Positions 47,401 through 59,000 of a stretch of DNA of 64,000 nt are shown here, piece by piece. This stretch comes from Phoronis australis (lineage: Eukaryota; Animalia; Phoronida). Within the stretch, counting starts at the first letter, position 1. Every line of letters starts with the position of its first letter. The DNA lies in contig NMRA01000280.1 of NCBI GenBank assembly GCA_002633005.1, positions 140,080 to 204,079 of the forward strand, read 5' to 3'. The position numbers were made by a program, and so were the translations under genes. The notes below the pieces were generated by a model, which saw only the letters and a program-made list of their open reading frames with translations, was not told where the DNA came from and did not search any database.

Positions 47401-49200
47401 GTTATGGCGATTGTAATGATCTTGAAAGAAACAAAACAATGCCTTAAATGTATTCCCAGTATAATTTTAAGCTAGATGCAGAGCCAGGTATTTTAGTCAC
47501 TCTTCCTTTCTCTATGACATATGTTTCACAAATGAGCAATGAGCACTCAAACTCAGAAGCCATTTTAAACCACAGCTATCAATAAAGGAGTTAATAATGG
47601 ATTTGGAAGTAAATTTTATTGGACATCTCCTCACATTGAAGACATCAATGGAGCCTGATGATGGTAAACAATTGATCTTTATTTCATACCTGCCCAGGAT
47701 CAAGATGTTCTGCTGCAGGAGTTACAGTCTGTGCGCTTCTTTGACGTCTTTCAATTCAATGCAGCTAGTAATCTGTGGAGCTGCTTTCTTTGCAACCACC
47801 CAGAGAAAGCTTCTGGCCTTCTGCAGAATGGTGACCCAGTCATAGAGGTATTGTTATTTGTAGTAGCGTTCAGTAATAGTTGCTTCTAGTTGACCTTTTT
47901 CACAGGTAGACGGAGTCTTCATTTTGTAATAGAGTGTGGGAAATCGGTCTCTCACGGCATACGAAACACATTCATTTCCAGTGTCCATGTGGTGAGAGGT
48001 GAAAATCTCATTAATCTCTGGTTTTGTTAATGCACATATTTTATTAGTTTTTGTTCATTTGAGTGCTTTAACTTGTGTAACCTTACATTGTTTTGCTCAG
48101 TGGGTCAAATTTAAGTGTAAGTCACTTTCTGTCAGTCTTTGTGAGAAATGCATTAAAGTAATATTTGGCACAAAAATGAGTGCACCTCAACCACGAAGAG
48201 TGGAAAAATAACACGTTTTACAGTTTCGAGCTACCCATATTTTTTAAGAACAGATGAATTGACAGTGAAATATTTCCTGTCCAGCTTACAAGCCGAGATC
48301 TTGGTTTGTTTCTGCAGGGACAGCTGAAGGAGAAGAAGCGAAAGTGGAGAATATTCCGACACTGGAAAACGCGATACTACACATTGTCTGGGGCCAATAT
48401 CACCTACAGTACTACGGAGCAGGTAGAGGCTTGGGAACTTGATTTCCACAGATATTAGGATATCGGCCAATTCATAAAATTTCTATCAACAAAGATCACT
48501 TGGTCTGTGTCTTGGTATCAGGATGTTAGTGTACATGAAATTATGCTGATGCAATACAGGTTTTGTCCTAACATCTGACACTGCTGTTGCAGGAAAACCG
48601 TACATTAAATCATAAAACGATTTAACGTACTTAAGGCAAAATTGGTGGTGACACCACTCCTTACTATTTTTATTGGAATGCAATTCCCATGATCGCCATG
48701 TGCTGTCTTGGCTACTGAAACTAACTCAACTTGACAAGCGACTTATTGGGTCTGGTTTGCAGCAATAAGAACCTAACAGTAGTTCTCAAGCCTGGAGTCA
48801 CTAGGTTTAGAACAAGTTGAGACCAATTTTAGAACAACGCCTGGCCTAAATCAACACGTAATTTTTTGCCGATGTCACCGGTTCATTGCCCCTTTGATAG
48901 TAATGGTAATGATAGTATTAGTAATAACGCCAACAGTTTGCTAAGAGCCAATGGTTTCTCGTTCTTTCACAGAAGAGTGACGTGCTGCCGCTGGGTACAG
49001 TGCAGAGTGTTAAGGCGATCAGGAGGGGCAAGCGGGACATTCCAAAAGCTTTCGAGATCTTCACCGATGAACAAAAGTACGTTCTGAAGGCAAAGGATAC
49101 CAAGAACGCTGAACAGTGGGTACAGTGTCTCCATCTGGCTGTGGCCAAGTCGCATGACGGTAAAGAGCCAGGTCGGCAGACACCAGCCAGTAACTGTTGA
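35254..49200 (+). CDS. VEPH1: Ventricular zone-expressed PH domain protein / melted (749 aa); exons 35254-35462, 36034-36178, 40568-40742, 41216-41379, 42058-42273, 42706-42923, 43437-43810, 44915-45054, 46095-46220, 47698-47847, 48318-48422, 48973-49200
   Basis: Diagnostic N-terminus DLSKAGDLF...[26 protein letters not shown]...[10 protein letters not shown], followed by [23 protein letters not shown] and RFFDVF...[12 protein letters not shown]. The C-terminal PH domain reads [12 protein letters not shown]...[10 protein letters not shown]...PKAFEIFTD...[15 protein letters not shown]. All junctions are GT-AG and in phase (2250 nt). Confidence 0.96.
36034..36178 (+). CDS. VEPH1: VEPH1 coding exon 2
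   Basis: ETETIEAH...[17 protein letters not shown]; CTG|gtaggt donor (first of nine repeated donors). Confidence 0.92.
36173..36523 (+). repeat. 39-bp minisatellite, 9 copies, overlapping the VEPH1 exon-2 donor
   Basis: Unit tttctggtaggtaRtgcttatgatRaaatttcaccaata. Confidence 0.97.
40568..40742 (+). CDS. VEPH1: VEPH1 coding exon 3
   Basis: NYSKKRVM...[20 protein letters not shown]; cag / G|gtaaaa. Confidence 0.95.
41216..41379 (+). CDS. VEPH1: VEPH1 coding exon 4
   Basis: [19 protein letters not shown]...[14 protein letters not shown]; cag / AAG|gtatac. Confidence 0.93.
42058..42273 (+). CDS. VEPH1: VEPH1 coding exon 5
   Basis: LLHPHVDKL...[10 protein letters not shown]; cag / GTT|gtgagc. 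Confidence 0.9.
42706..42923 (+). CDS. VEPH1: VEPH1 coding exon 6
   Basis: [14 protein letters not shown]...LLQEVKSVA...; cag / AG|gtgatt. Confidence 0.9.
43437..43810 (+). CDS. VEPH1: VEPH1 coding exon 7
   Basis: GTVTVITVG...[34 protein letters not shown]; cagtag tandem acceptor, G|gtagtg donor. Confidence 0.92.
44915..45054 (+). CDS. VEPH1: VEPH1 coding exon 8
   Basis: [14 protein letters not shown]...CLY...[15 protein letters not shown]; cag / CAG|gtctgt. Confidence 0.94.
45479..45539. repeat. 18-bp tandem repeat, ~3.4 copies
   Basis: gaccatggctctatRgaY units. Confidence 0.85.
46095..46220 (+). CDS. VEPH1: VEPH1 coding exon 9
   Basis: [20 protein letters not shown]...[13 protein letters not shown]; cag / AAG|gtattg. 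Confidence 0.92.
47698..47847 (+). CDS. VEPH1: VEPH1 coding exon 10
   Basis: [20 protein letters not shown]...[12 protein letters not shown]...PVIE; cag / GAG|gtattg. Confidence 0.95.
48318..48422 (+). CDS. VEPH1: VEPH1 coding exon 11 (start of PH domain)
   Basis: [35 protein letters not shown]; cag / CAG|gtagag. Confidence 0.95.
48973..49200 (+). CDS. VEPH1: VEPH1 last coding exon (end of PH domain)
   Basis: [32 protein letters not shown]...TPASNC then TGA. Confidence 0.95.
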   Translation, partial: KSDVLPLGTVQSVKAIRRGKRDIPKAFEIFTDEQKYVLKAKDTKNAEQWVQCLHLAVAKSHDGKEPGRQTPASNC

Positions 49201-50887
49201 TTGCAGATTATGTTACATTATGTATAGTACTTTGCATTTTGCTGGGTTTAGCACTTTTTAGGAAAAATGTGTGTTTAGGGCTTTCAACATGTGTAATTAT
49301 ACTTGTTTCTTAGTACCACGTAATAAGGTTTTGTCACAATTCCAAAACACCAAATCCAATTATCACTGTTTATTTTTATGCTTTAGTCCTTCTTGATTTC
49401 TGGACATGACAAAAATAATCGGACAAAATACAGTTTCCAATTACAGAATGGCTTGACCATCTTTCTAAATTTCCTTTTAACTCTCCTTCATTCTTGGTCA
49501 CAAGGGAAAAGCTTATCTGACGATGGATTCAGCTTTTGCCCAGCTGTCAAGACAGGGAACTGCAGGTCATTGTTTACTCTGTGCACGCTTGTGTTTAGTC
49601 TCGCTAAACAGGTCTGTGAATATTCATCAAGAGTACTTTTCACTTCATAGAATTTTGTAATTATATTCCACTGTAATACCCAGTTTTATATTGGTTTGAC
49701 CAGGTTTCAAATCCAATTGGTATTGAAGGTCATTGTAATCTGGAAAAAACATAAGGTCGAGCAACAGAATCCTGCAGCCGAAAATGCTTAATGGGAGATG
49801 AAAACTGTCACAGATTACAAAAACATTAAAACCTTTAAAGAATTACTGAAGCAGACCAGTAGGCTTGAGTATAACATGGAAGTTAAAATATAGTGTCTGT
49901 TGCAACAGGCCTGTAGAAAATCTATGTGTCAACCTTTTTGGCGAATTCTGACCGGGTTATCCCATTAATCTCTTTCCCTGTTGTTTTCTTCTGGTCATCC
50001 TTCCTTGGTCTCTGTCTTCACCGTGCTCACAGTAATTTTTATCTCCATAGTAACTTATGTGTTGCTGTCCCCAGTCCACACGTCGACTACTTAAACCAAC
50101 GGACGAAGCCACATTAGAAGGGATAAAAATGGACGAGTTCAGATACAGCAGACGACATGAGTAAGACTCACGGAAATTTTCAAAATTCACTTTTGTCTCA
50201 TGCAATAGATGGCATGACCATCACACTCCTCCCCAACCTCAGATCATATGTCACATTACATAGATCTAAAGTAGGAGTTATGAAAAAATAGTCACACACA
50301 ATAAACTTGATCTGCAAAGAAGTGAGTTTTTTCTTATGTTTTTTCTTATGTTCTGGCCTTACCATCAGACAGATTATACAGCTTCGCTTCTGTGTTACAC
50401 AAAATTAGAACACTTTAAAAAATCCATGGGTTTTCCATATTGCACTAGGTAAAGTCTTGACGCTTGAAAACTAATTCCACCTTTTTTACAAATTTGTAGT
50501 AGGGAAAGACCAAAATACAAAATATGATTTTTTTTAACTCAGTGATGAATTAAAACTTTTGAACCTGCTAATACTTTATTATTAGATAATGTATTTGACA
50601 AGTTTGCTTCCCACTCTCTACGGTAACCTGTTTCTATGGTAATGAAAGTTTATCTTCATTGCTTATTATGTTGTTGACTCTTTGTTCCTGTTAACCGCAA
50701 AATATGTTATTTTCGTTCAGGTCAGATGTAATTCAACGATATGTTGGGTACTTTCAAATTCGCTTGGTCTCATAAATGTAACGTTAAATAACACAAGTTG
50801 TTACATTTTAACTGACCTTATTCAATGACTGACCATTGTACGCAAGTTGAGCTAAATTTTGTGCCAATAGCATATGTCTTTGAGGAG

Positions 50888-51100
50888 GTAGTGTGACTGT
50901 GTCGGAGGAGTTTCTGCTTCCTTTACTCAAGGTCGTCCCACTGGAACTCACTACTAGACTATTGAGTCAGGTCTATAGCTCCTCAGCTCGGTTTTAACTA
51001 TATATTTCTAAAGCATTAAATGATTCCAGGTGATCAGTGCTACCGGCCTACCTGAGCGGCTTACGCATGTCTGGTACATGTACCAGACCGCAATTATTTT
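50888..51100 (+). mobile_element. tRNA-derived SINE, second more degenerate copy
   Basis: Colinear with 31481-31760 (tttactYRaggtcgt...ctagac..ttgagtc.ggt...agctcct.agct..gttttaact); the B-box region is deleted. Confidence 0.6.
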
Positions 51101-51440
51101 TTATATTATTGAATGTCTTCAGGGAGAACATGGAGGTATATGTTTGTTTTGCGTATTACTCAGTTTTGGTGTGGTTAATTTATTGTCAGTCATATCATTG
51201 CAGTGAATTAAAAAGTGCAGTCATGTATTTTGGCATGCTAAGAACTTTTTGTGTACATCTTTGCTCAGTAGCTTGGTTAGATCATGAATTAAAAAATTCT
51301 AGTTATAGTGCTTTGGCTAACAAATGTCAGCTGCAGGTCCATGGGAAATATGGCAGTACAGGTAATTTCAACTTTATTCATTTGGAAGACTTATTCCAAT
51401 TCAAAATTTGTTGGCAACTAATGTCTATGCTGTTGATTAT

Positions 51441-52619
51441 GAAAATACACTCTGACTATACTGATTCCTATGCACCTATTCTGCAGGCTACTTATATGTA
51501 AATTTTGTCCGGTATTGTGAGATAACATGAATTGTGGCTTAGCTAAGGTTGTGACATGCTCTGAGTTTTTTGCCCTAACTGTGATATTTTATCAATTCCA
51601 CGTTTATTATATTTGCCATTGCTTTCATAACACTATATTTTAACAGTTGTTCCTATATGTTTGCCATATAGTGTGTGTATTTAAATTGTATTTTAACTAA
51701 GCAGCCAAAATCTCTATCATGCTAAATAAAAGATACTTAATCTTTCTCCACTTGTCTTCTTTGAAACAATCTCAACCATACTCAGGGCTAAGCCTTGTTC
51801 TGCAAAGGCCCTCTGCCCATGCCAAGAATCGTAGGATGACATTTCTCTTACTTCAAAATCCAACTGCTGCTTGGTGGTTTGGTAACTGGACCAATGATGT
51901 TGCACACCCAGCATAATTTATGAGGATCATATTTTTGCAGCATTATACAAACATTTTATGTTGTCCAATTTTCAAAATTCAAAAGACTAATCAGGGCCCG
52001 GTCTCCAATCTTTTTACTCGAAATGGAACTCGAAATTAGGTTTGGCATTTTCTACTCTACTTTNGAAAATACACTCTGACTCTACTGATTCCTATGCACC
52101 TATTCTGCAGGCTACTTATATGTAAATTTTGTCCGGTATTGTGAGATAACATGAATTGTGGCTTAGCTAAGGTTGTGACATGCACTGAGTTTTTTGCCCT
52201 AACTGTGATATGTTATCAATTCCACGTTTATTATATTTGCCATTGCTTTCATAACACTATATTTTAACAGTTGTTCCTATATGTTTGCCATATAGTGTGT
52301 GTATTTAAATTGTATTTTAACTAAGCAGCCAAAATCTCTATCATGCTAAATAAAAGATACTTAATCTTTCTCCACTTATCTTCTTTGAAGCAATCTCAAC
52401 CATACTCAGGGCTAAGCCTTGTTCTGCAAAGGCCCTCTGCCCATGCCAAGAATCGTAGGATGACATTTCTCTTACTTCAAAATTCAACTGCTGCTTGGTG
52501 GTTTGGTAACTGGACCAATGATGTTGCACACCCAGCATAATTCATGAGGATCATATTTTTGCAGCATTATACAAACATTTTATGTTGTCCAATTTTCAAA
52601 ATTCAAAAGACTAATCAGG
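51441..52619. repeat. 555-bp direct duplication flanking an N (51441-51995 and 52065-52619)
   Basis: The copies differ by about 7 substitutions, and the second begins immediately after the N at 52064. Confidence 0.92.
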
Positions 52620-55600
52620 TGTGGTTTTCACAAACTATTCAAATATGCTATTTACAAAATTTCAAAATGCAAATTCAAAAATAGTATTTTTGCCCTCAAT
52701 GTGGTTATGATGGGTCTGATCCAGAGAACGATAACGGCAGCATGAGAGGGTTTAATTAACCACAACATCATGTTATCTTCCATCTAAAGTGGGCAGATTT
52801 TGTGGTGCGCAAACCAGTTAAGTTGCCCAATCTCGTCCGGTTGGGGTGTCAAGATAGCATTCTTTTCATGCCACTATGGACATTTTTGGTTGAGGGAATT
52901 TCGCATTTTTTTAAAAATTTTTCTAATGGGAATAGAGCTGACGCTCAGCCCCAAAATCAAGGGCCCTAAGGGCCAACTTTTGGTATACAGTAGCCTGGCG
53001 TTACCACTTCGGCCTAAATATTTGGCTGATGTTATGCACGGTACAAACTTTTCGATTTTGAAAGCAGTATGTTCTTTTAAGACACCGATCGCGATGACGT
53101 CAAAAGAAATACCGAGTCATATTTGGCTTGATGGTATTTTCACTGATAATCAACCTTTTCATCTGTTCTCGAGGGTGGGCATTTGGGTCATATTTTTTTC
53201 TGTCTTGTCGCTTATTGCAATATGAAAGTAAAACTTGGCGTTTGAAATTAGTGCCTGTTTGATGTTTCATCAAGTGGTGAAACAAACATTCACTAACTGG
53301 TTGCAATACATTTTAAATGACTTTTCTATAATTTCGGAACACTTCTGAGAGTATTCCAGCTTTAAGTGAGCCACCCCCTTGCATAAACTTAGAATAATTC
53401 ATTTTCAGTCTGCTTTACAAAAAATCAGGTTGTGAACCAGACATTTTCTAACTGGTGGTAATACATTGTAATTTTCAATTATTTTGGAGCATTTCTGAAC
53501 GAATTCGCAAATTTTTTCTACCCAGTTCCAAGTTTAAGCAAGGGCGTGGCTTGCTTAAAACTCAGTTGGTATAATTCAGACTCAGTGCCAAGAATCGGAT
53601 GCCGTAGCCAGCGAGGACGATGACCGACGGCAGGACAACAGTGGCACGATATAGGGTATAGTGAAAACGCGCATTTTAAAATGTGTCGATTATTGAGGGT
53701 GAAATCGACACATTTCGTTTCGCGACCAAAACCCGCGGAAACTTCCTAATCATGCCCGGAGTAACAAAAGTCCGCAAAACCTCAGATCTCAGTCCCGTCT
53801 CCGCTCCGCGCCGACCCGGGGCCAAGTGCGGAAGGCAGTCGCTCCGAAGTAATTATTTGAAATATACCTGGATTCATCAAGTTGCTTTGGACGACTGAAG
53901 TGAGGCAACCGTGGAATTTCTAGTCCGGAGTGTCATACCTTGTAGTTTATGTAGTGTATTGGGGACTATCAGAAGCTGAGGACGCCTGTGGTTACAACGA
54001 CTATTGATGAACTTTCAAATTCAACCAAGCTAGCCATAGTGGCAACAATCAGATAACCACGGCGACGTTACACAATCCAGATCAATAAACCCTCCCAAAC
54101 TGAAAATCGTGCCACATGTGATCCTGTAGTGAAGAGACCGGACAAGTCTTCGTGTCAGGAATTGCATATGAATAGGTACCTTTAAAAACTGGCGCATGGG
54201 GGCTACGTCGAAGTTAGATACAGGTCGTCAGCGAGTCTTGATTCATGACTACATTTGCCTTAGGGGTCGTGGTCCCTCAAACAATTGACGGGTAAGCGTT
54301 GCACGCGGTCTGTCAACTTCCACAACAACAACAACGTCTTTTCTTTCAATTTAGTACAATTCGTACTGCTAGATTTTCTCGCCGCGAGACAGGTTTTGAA
54401 GTCTACCTTGATCGTTGGCGCTGCTGAGTCATTACCAAAATAACTTAATTATTCACGTAGGCCTATCGTAATTACGATATTTCTATTTTTCAATAGTATG
54501 TTACGTATTAAAAATTTCTTCGATATTACGAAATCACTTGTTCGTAACATCATCACGGTCAATAATTCATAACATTCCATGTGTAACGGGATTCGGTGGA
54601 GCGTCCAACACCGATCTCTACCTAGTAACTAAAATGTCGACTGTTCGCAGCCGATAAAAAATATTCGCAGCGTTGTGTACTTTTTTACTCGTTTGTATCG
54701 CATGCGAGAGAACCGTGGAGACAACTTATAGAGAGTGAAACGAGAGAGAAGTAGATAAATACACTGACTTTATTATGCACTAAATATGAAATACAAATCT
54801 ACAAACTTACAACTCATCGCCATTTTCTGTCGACATCTCAGCTTTGACTTATAACCCCAAAAATGTTTAAACAAGAAAAATACGCCGAAAAACGTTGAAG
54901 ACCAAATTAAAAGGGCCCAAACGGTTTGTTAGTTTGGTTAGGATTCCTTGCTGATAAATTCGAGACCCGACAGAATCCGAAGTTTGAGCGTGTGGGACCC
55001 ATTTTTATAGGCAATATTCGAATGTCGTTCCAAATTACGCTAAAATATGGGTCTCAAGTTAAACGTAAAAACCAATCAAAATGCAAGATGAAAATTTCGT
55101 CATCAAAATTACCAAATAAGGGAACTGACCAACATACAACCCTTTAAAATAAAATTGACCACTCTAGAATTAAAAATAGTAAGTCTTGTCTGACGACTCT
55201 ACTAACTCACGGCTCCATCAATAGACGGCACTCCCGTCACACATGGGATTCATTGCTGCAGTTGCTAACATATGGCAATTCGTTACATTTTTCGGATTCA
55301 TTAATCCATTGCATTGATTAAATCGTAGTATCGTTTCAGCAATTCGTTGTTAATTTTTAGCGTTTTTCCCTTTTTATATATTCAATAAGATGTTGCATTT
55401 TACGGATTCATCCCTTTTTCATAATTTATCGTAACACAGTCTGCACGAAGAATTCATTGGTTTGTTAGTTCTTCTCAGGTTAGCCAATTCATAGCGTTTG
55501 AGGATTCTCAAATTTGCAGTTTACAAGTTAAGACACTCCTACCATTTTATGTATTCTCATTGCCTTTTTCAGACCCTGGTATGCATTTTTGGACAAGTTC

Positions 55601-55849
55601 CTTGCATTTCACCTGAATTATGAGGCGATAACAGAGGTGAGTGTGAACTGGTGGTCCTGACCCAGTAAAAGTATATTTCGACACTTCATTTTATTGTTTA
55701 TGTACTGCAAGATTTGAAATGAGCACATTATATCAGAATACTACCACAGAAACAATAAATCACGACAAACAAAATCATCGACTCACGGCGAAAATTTATT
55801 AAGTTTAGCAAAGTTATTCACCAGATGTCGCAAATACTTGCTTTTAAAA

Positions 55850-55875
55850 GATCACGTGTGAACTTTCCGGTAGGC
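55850..55875 (+). promoter_or_regulatory. Candidate PDXK proximal promoter motifs (E-box CACGTG, ETS-like TTCCGG)
   Basis: CACGTG at 55853-55858 and TTCCGG at 55865-55870, about 90 nt upstream of the ATG. Short motifs only. Confidence 0.3.
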
Positions 55876-55951
55876 TTACACAAGGCTACAAGTTTGAAGA
55901 GTGCGTCAAGGGTCTACTGGCAGAGTGCGTGTGTGCACGGTTGCATTAAGA

Positions 55952-56044
55952 ATGTCTGCAGTGTCAGGTTGTCGGGTCTTGTCTATACAAAGTCATGTCG
56001 TGTCTGGTTATGTTGGAAACAAAAGCGCAACTTTTCCGCTTCAG
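55952..56044 (+). CDS. PDXK: PDXK coding exon 1
   Basis: 31 codons including [17 protein letters not shown]; CAG|gttggt donor; in-frame stops upstream. Confidence 0.95.
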
Positions 56045-59000
56045 GTTGGTGTAAGCTGAGTGTAGCCTTGCCCTTGGTTAGACAGAATGTACTGTAGGCC
56101 TACCACCGCCACCGTCTCACCTCAGTGAGCACAGGCACTCTCAAGTGGCCGCAGTAGAGACAGTTGTTGTCGACCCCCCATACGCTGGAAGCTTTTTGCC
56201 GAATTGTCTCACACTGCCACTGGTTAAAAGATGAATGTCAAACACCTTTTGCTCATATACGGGGCGTAGCACTGAAAAAAGTGGGGCTATTGCCCTCCCC
56301 CAGCCCCACGATGGTGCACCGTACATGATGGGACACCTTTGGACCAAAGGTTTCTTACGAGGCCTCTGATTTATATTTTTGCAGCTCAAACGAATACTCC
56401 CACAAATAATTTGAATCTAAAGTGGCTATTTTTACACTACTTGCGCCAGAGTTATGATTTGGTTGTGGGTGCATGTATTTGGGTCATTCCACGTGAAAAC
56501 GCCTAGAGGGTGTCAGGTCACCATCTCGGAATTGGATGAAAATGTTCTGAGATGTTAATCATAGTACACAATGATTACCTGCAAAAAATTTTTCACAAAA
56601 GTCAAAGAGTCTCCGAGATATGACCCTTCAAAATATTGGGTGCCACGCCCATTTTTGACCTCGCGAATTGAAACTGTGATTTTTTCAGATTTTGGAGGCC
56701 TGTCACTTCAAAATTAAGCATTGGATTGTTCTGAAATGCTTGTATGGATTAACTGGATACCAGGCTGTCAGAATCAATCACCAGAGTGTCATACCTAAAC
56801 TGAGGGGGCCCCAAATGCCAAAAAACTGTGATCGCGAATTCCGAATTCAATTTTTGATTGGCTCCAGAATGTTAAATAAAAGAAATTGAAGCACTTAAAC
56901 AGTCAATAAATATATTCCTTGTTACTGTTAACTGTAAAAAGTAATGAACAACTTATTTTGGTGGTCAATGTTGAAGCTATGTGGCACTAAAAAGCAGTTT
57001 CAGTTAAGTAATGCATTTCTTCAGCCATGTGTGGCACCCGAAAAACCAATGTCTGTAGTTTACAATGATACTGATTTTTTTTCTCACAGAATGAAACATG
57101 TATGAAGATAATAAAACCAAAAAAAATTTTTGTGTTTAAAACTCCTTCATGTTTTAACGACTCTTTCTTAAATTGAGGGTTTTCATAAAATTTTGTCATC
57201 TACAATGGCGGCAAGGTCATAATATTGATGGAAGTAATGATTTTCAGGCTCAGGTTATAGAATTTATTCCAAAAGACATTGCCATATTGGTTGCAAAGTT
57301 TATATAAATTTTGTTAGGGGCTTTGATGGAGTTTTGTTGGTTGTGACCTTATGACCCCATCAAAGCCCCTGACAAAATTTAAGTAAACTATGCAATCAAT
57401 ATGACATTGTCTTTTGGAATAAATTCTATAACCTGAGCCTGAAAATCATTACTTCCATCAATATTATGACCTTGCTGCCATTGCAGATGAGAAAATTTTA
57501 TGAAAACCCTCGATTTAAGAAAGAGTCGTTAAACCATGAAGGAGTTTTAAACACAATTTTTTTTGTTTTATAATCTCCATACATGTTTCATTATGTGAGA
57601 AAAAAATTCAGTATCATTGTAAACTACAGACATTGGTTTTTCGGGTGCCAAAAATGGCTGAAGAAATGTGTTACTTAACTGAAACTGCTTTTTAGTGCCA
57701 CATAGCTTCAACATTGACCACCAAAATAAGTTGTTCATTACTTTTTACAGTTAACAGTAACAAGGAATATACTTATTGACTGTTAAAGTGCTTTAATTTT
57801 CTTTTATTTAACATTCTGGAGCCAATCAAAAATCGAATTCAGGATTCGCGATCACAGTTTTTTGGCATTTGGGGCCCCCTCAGTTCAGGTATGACATTAG
57901 CCAAGTGAACTCTGGTGATTGGTTCTGACAGCCTGGTATCCAGTTAATTCATACAAGCATTTTCAGAACAATCCAATGCTTAATTTTGAAGTGACAGGCC
58001 TCCAAAATCTGAAAAAACAAAGTTTCAATTCGTGAGGTCAAAAATGGCCGTGGCACCCCAAATTTTGAAGGGCCATATCTCGGAGACCCTTTGACTTACG
58101 TGAAAAAAAAATTGCAGGTAATCATTGTGTACTATGATTAACATCTCAATAAATTTTCATCCAATTCTGAGATGGTGACCCGACACCCTCTGGATGATTT
58201 CATGTGGAATAACGACCCATTTCTTCGACCTGAGAATTAACTTAGACATGAGCGGCCTCCTAAGGTGTCCCTCTATGTGCATTTTCCCCTTACTTCCAAC
58301 TTGTTCGATTCTATAGCCGAACAACAAGTTGGGAAGATGTTGACCCCTGCAGCCAATATCTTACACGATTGATTAACTCCATTCTGGCATTTATGGTTGG
58401 AGGGCCAGCTGCCAGCTCTCTTTTGTTCGATAATTGCTCTCCGATAAGATCCTATTTAGCCTGACTGGGCTGTGCTGATAAAAATAAAGGTTTCAACATA
58501 TTTGAACATAAACCTGTAGCATTTCTGAATTCCTCATCAAATGCTGATGGCGTTTAGTTTTTGAATCGCCAAAATCGCTCAACTACAACCGAAGTTACGA
58601 CAATTTATTCTTTCCGAACATACCAATTCGCCCTGGATTTGGCTGTGTTTACAGGTGGTCTGTAATAAGCCTGGTAGATAATTGGCCTGCCTGTTGTCAT
58701 ACCAGACAAAAGACTGTGCTTGGCAGTTAAGCAAAGGAGCTAGGTGTTATCACATGCTCACAACCCTCTAGGTCTGGTAAAGTCACTGAACAGGAGAACA
58801 CTGTGAAGAGGTACTTACAGCAACAGGGCATTTGTGATGTTCGTGTGAGGCATAATTCGCCGAAAAGCTTTCACTACCGTCTCTATTGCGGCTCTTTGAA
58901 ATGGTGGTACTGTCTACCTTGGTTAGTACAAAGCCAAAGCCATGGGTGAAATTAATTTTCTTAAAAGGTACACTATTTCTAGTATAAACTAAATTAGTTT

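Noticed and set aside
51717-52540. Pairs of near-identical 65-aa ORFs suggesting duplicated small genes
   Set aside because: Chance ORFs in UTR-like sequence duplicated around an assembly N.
52800-53225. 141-aa ORF between VEPH1 and PDXK
   Set aside because: No recognisable motif, non-ATG start, and it sits in repeat-like sequence whose boundaries I could not define.
55825-56097. 90-aa ORF with a basic, transit-peptide-like start as an N-terminal extension of PDXK
   Set aside because: Out of frame with the PDXK ATG (offset 127 nt), and the PDXK frame has upstream stops; at most a uORF.
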